From: a bacterium
Lineage (GTDB): Bacteria; Bacteroidota; Ignavibacteria; UBA10030
NCBI GenBank assembly: GCA_043803945.1
Contig: JAZDJN010000096.1
Span: 1-28,065 of the forward strand
Reading direction: 5' to 3'
Length of the DNA: 28,065 bases
Shown: positions 27,034 through 28,065 of the stretch, piece by piece
How the letters are laid out: the number at the start of each line of letters is the position of its first letter
Position numbering within the stretch: the first letter of the stretch is position 1
Made by a program: the position numbers and the translations under genes
The notes under the pieces: generated by a model
The model's database searches: none
What the model was told of the DNA's origin: nothing
What the model saw: only the letters and a program-made list of their open reading frames with translations

Positions 27034-27133
27034 AGAAGTCTGTCTTTTTGCTAAGATCAATCTCTGATAAAAGACAGACTTCTGCCTCTCTGTCTTTTTG
27101 CTGAGATGAATCTTGGATAAAAGACAGACTTCT
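27034..27133. repeat. Two tandem 50-bp hairpin units between convergent genes
   Basis: Unit 1 (27034-27083) has a perfect 15-bp inverted repeat AGAAGTCTGTCTTTT...AAAAGACAGACTTCT. Unit 2 (27084-27133) is a diverged copy. Confidence 0.85.
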
Positions 27134-27141
27134 TATTTAGT

Positions 27142-27753
27142 TTACTTCCTCTGCCAATATCCATTCTGGTACTTTAACAACTCGCTGACAGTCTTCAGCC
27201 CTTCTTTCTTCTGAACGTAGGAAAGATATTTTACCAGCACAAGTGCTGTTGCGTAAGCATCGCCGGATGCACGATGCCGATCCGGTATCGTGATCTGAAG
27301 ATGTTTGGCGACAGGTCCGAGGGATTTGCTGGGAAGCTGCGGGAGAATCCTTCTCGACAATTTGACCGTACAGAGTTGAGGATTCCTGAGTTCCAACGCA
27401 CTTTCTCTTCGTACCGTGTGGGTAATAAATCCCCAGTCGAAAGGGGCATTGTGGGCGACGAAGATTGCATTGCCAAGAAACTCGGCGATGTACGGTGCAA
27501 CCTCGCGTGCGGTTGGAGCATCATGAACCATCAGATTGTCAATCCCAGTCATTGAAGTGATAAACGCAGGGATGGTCATCAATGGATTCATAAGTGTTGA
27601 AAATTCATCGACGAGTGCTCCGCTCTGTACCTTCATCATCGCGATTTCTGTAATTCTATCCTGAACAGGATCCATGCCGGTCGTCTCAACGTCGACAACA
27701 ACAAACAACGCCTGATCAAGGAGTTGATCTTTTTTTTGACTGGATGCTCTCAA
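27142..27753 (-). CDS. DEDDh 3'-5' exonuclease (DNA Pol III epsilon/DnaQ-like)
   Basis: 'VVDVETTG', 'VAHNAPFD', 'HRASGDA'. Confidence 0.9.
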   Translation of the reverse strand: MRASSQKKDQLLDQALFVVVDVETTGMDPVQDRITEIAMMKVQSGALVDEFSTLMNPLMTIPAFITSMTGIDNLMVHDAPTAREVAPYIAEFLGNAIFVAHNAPFDWGFITHTVRRESALELRNPQLCTVKLSRRILPQLPSKSLGPVAKHLQITIPDRHRASGDAYATALVLVKYLSYVQKKEGLKTVSELLKYQNGYWQRK

Positions 27754-27810
27754 GAGTTTCTCTGCCGATAGTTACTCAGCTCGTTTAGTACTCCATTCAC
27801 TTATCTTTCT

Positions 27811-27950
27811 CCCCCTTTCTCAAAGGGGGCCGGCCCGCTCCGCCGCAGCGTGAGCGAGGCTGGAGGGGGATTTCTCGGGAAGTTGCAGTTAAATCTCATT
27901 GAGAACTTTATCGACATTGCCAAACAAATCCCCCTTCCCCCCTTTACGAA
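27811..27950. repeat. CCCCCTTT-N-AAAGGGGG REP-like pair, right copy truncated
   Basis: CCCCCTTTCTCAAAGGGGG...GGAGGGGGATTT on the left. AAATCCCCCTTCCCCCCTTTACGAA on the right is cut at 27950. Confidence 0.65.
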
Positions 27951-28065
27951 CTTATCATTACCCATATCTTTGAAAAATGAGATAGGCTTGAGCAATATCA
28001 TCGAGACGTCTCAAGCCGCGCCACAATACTTTCACACCCGGATATCCATCACCCTTGCGTCCTAA
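27951..28065 (-). mobile_element. 3' end of an IS4-family (IS50/Tn5-like) element; transposase C-terminus at 27958..28065, partial
   Basis: Minus frame, not in the ORF track, reads LGRKGDGYPGVKVLWRGLRRLDDIAQAYLIFQRYG*, matching the Tn5-type dimerisation motif G-RK-DG-PG-x-LW-G. Candidate terminal repeat CTTATCATTACCCAT. Confidence 0.85.

Noticed and set aside
27034-27133. CRISPR array
   Set aside because: Only two units, no unique spacers, and no cas genes.
252-27555. The many 60-150 aa ORFs nested in or antisense to the long genes
   Set aside because: They are shadow ORFs without RBSs or motifs, overlapping well-supported CDSs.
27801-28065. ORFs 27801..28001 (-) and 27850..28065 (+)
   Set aside because: They are translations of REP and IS-end DNA. 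The real frame is the transposase tail at 27958..28065 (-).

Overview
28 kb window from an FCB-group bacterium, probably Ignavibacteria/Bacteroidota-like, judging by several proteins ending in 'YPNPFN(P/G)...' T9SS-type C-terminal sorting domains. The left end has two large secreted proteins and a secreted hypothetical. The middle (~5.6-21.9 kb) is an accessory segment lying between two 90%-identical 170-bp copies of one gene fragment. It holds a pyruvate kinase 3' remnant, a broken secreted-protein gene, and a tight 7-gene minus-strand operon (7339-17637). That operon encodes a vWA-like lipoprotein, a 4-TM protein, a divergent tubulin/FtsZ GTPase, a 1114-aa actin/Hsp70-fold ATPase, a bitopic coiled-coil protein and a ZorA/MotA-like plus ZorB/MotB-like pair. 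It is the best candidate for an undescribed system. The segment also holds a 4-gene signalling operon (small PCPPWC protein, multi-TM protein, PAS histidine kinase, NarL regulator) with two matching palindromic operators, a candidate autoregulated peptide-signalling circuit. The right end has a Cyc2-like cytochrome-porin, threonine synthase, an M28 peptidase, an antitoxin-like gene with an almost wholly deleted RelE partner, a thioredoxin, a DnaQ-like exonuclease, several REP-like palindromes, and the end of an IS4-family transposase next to a truncated REP. All calls come from reading motifs by eye; no searches were run.
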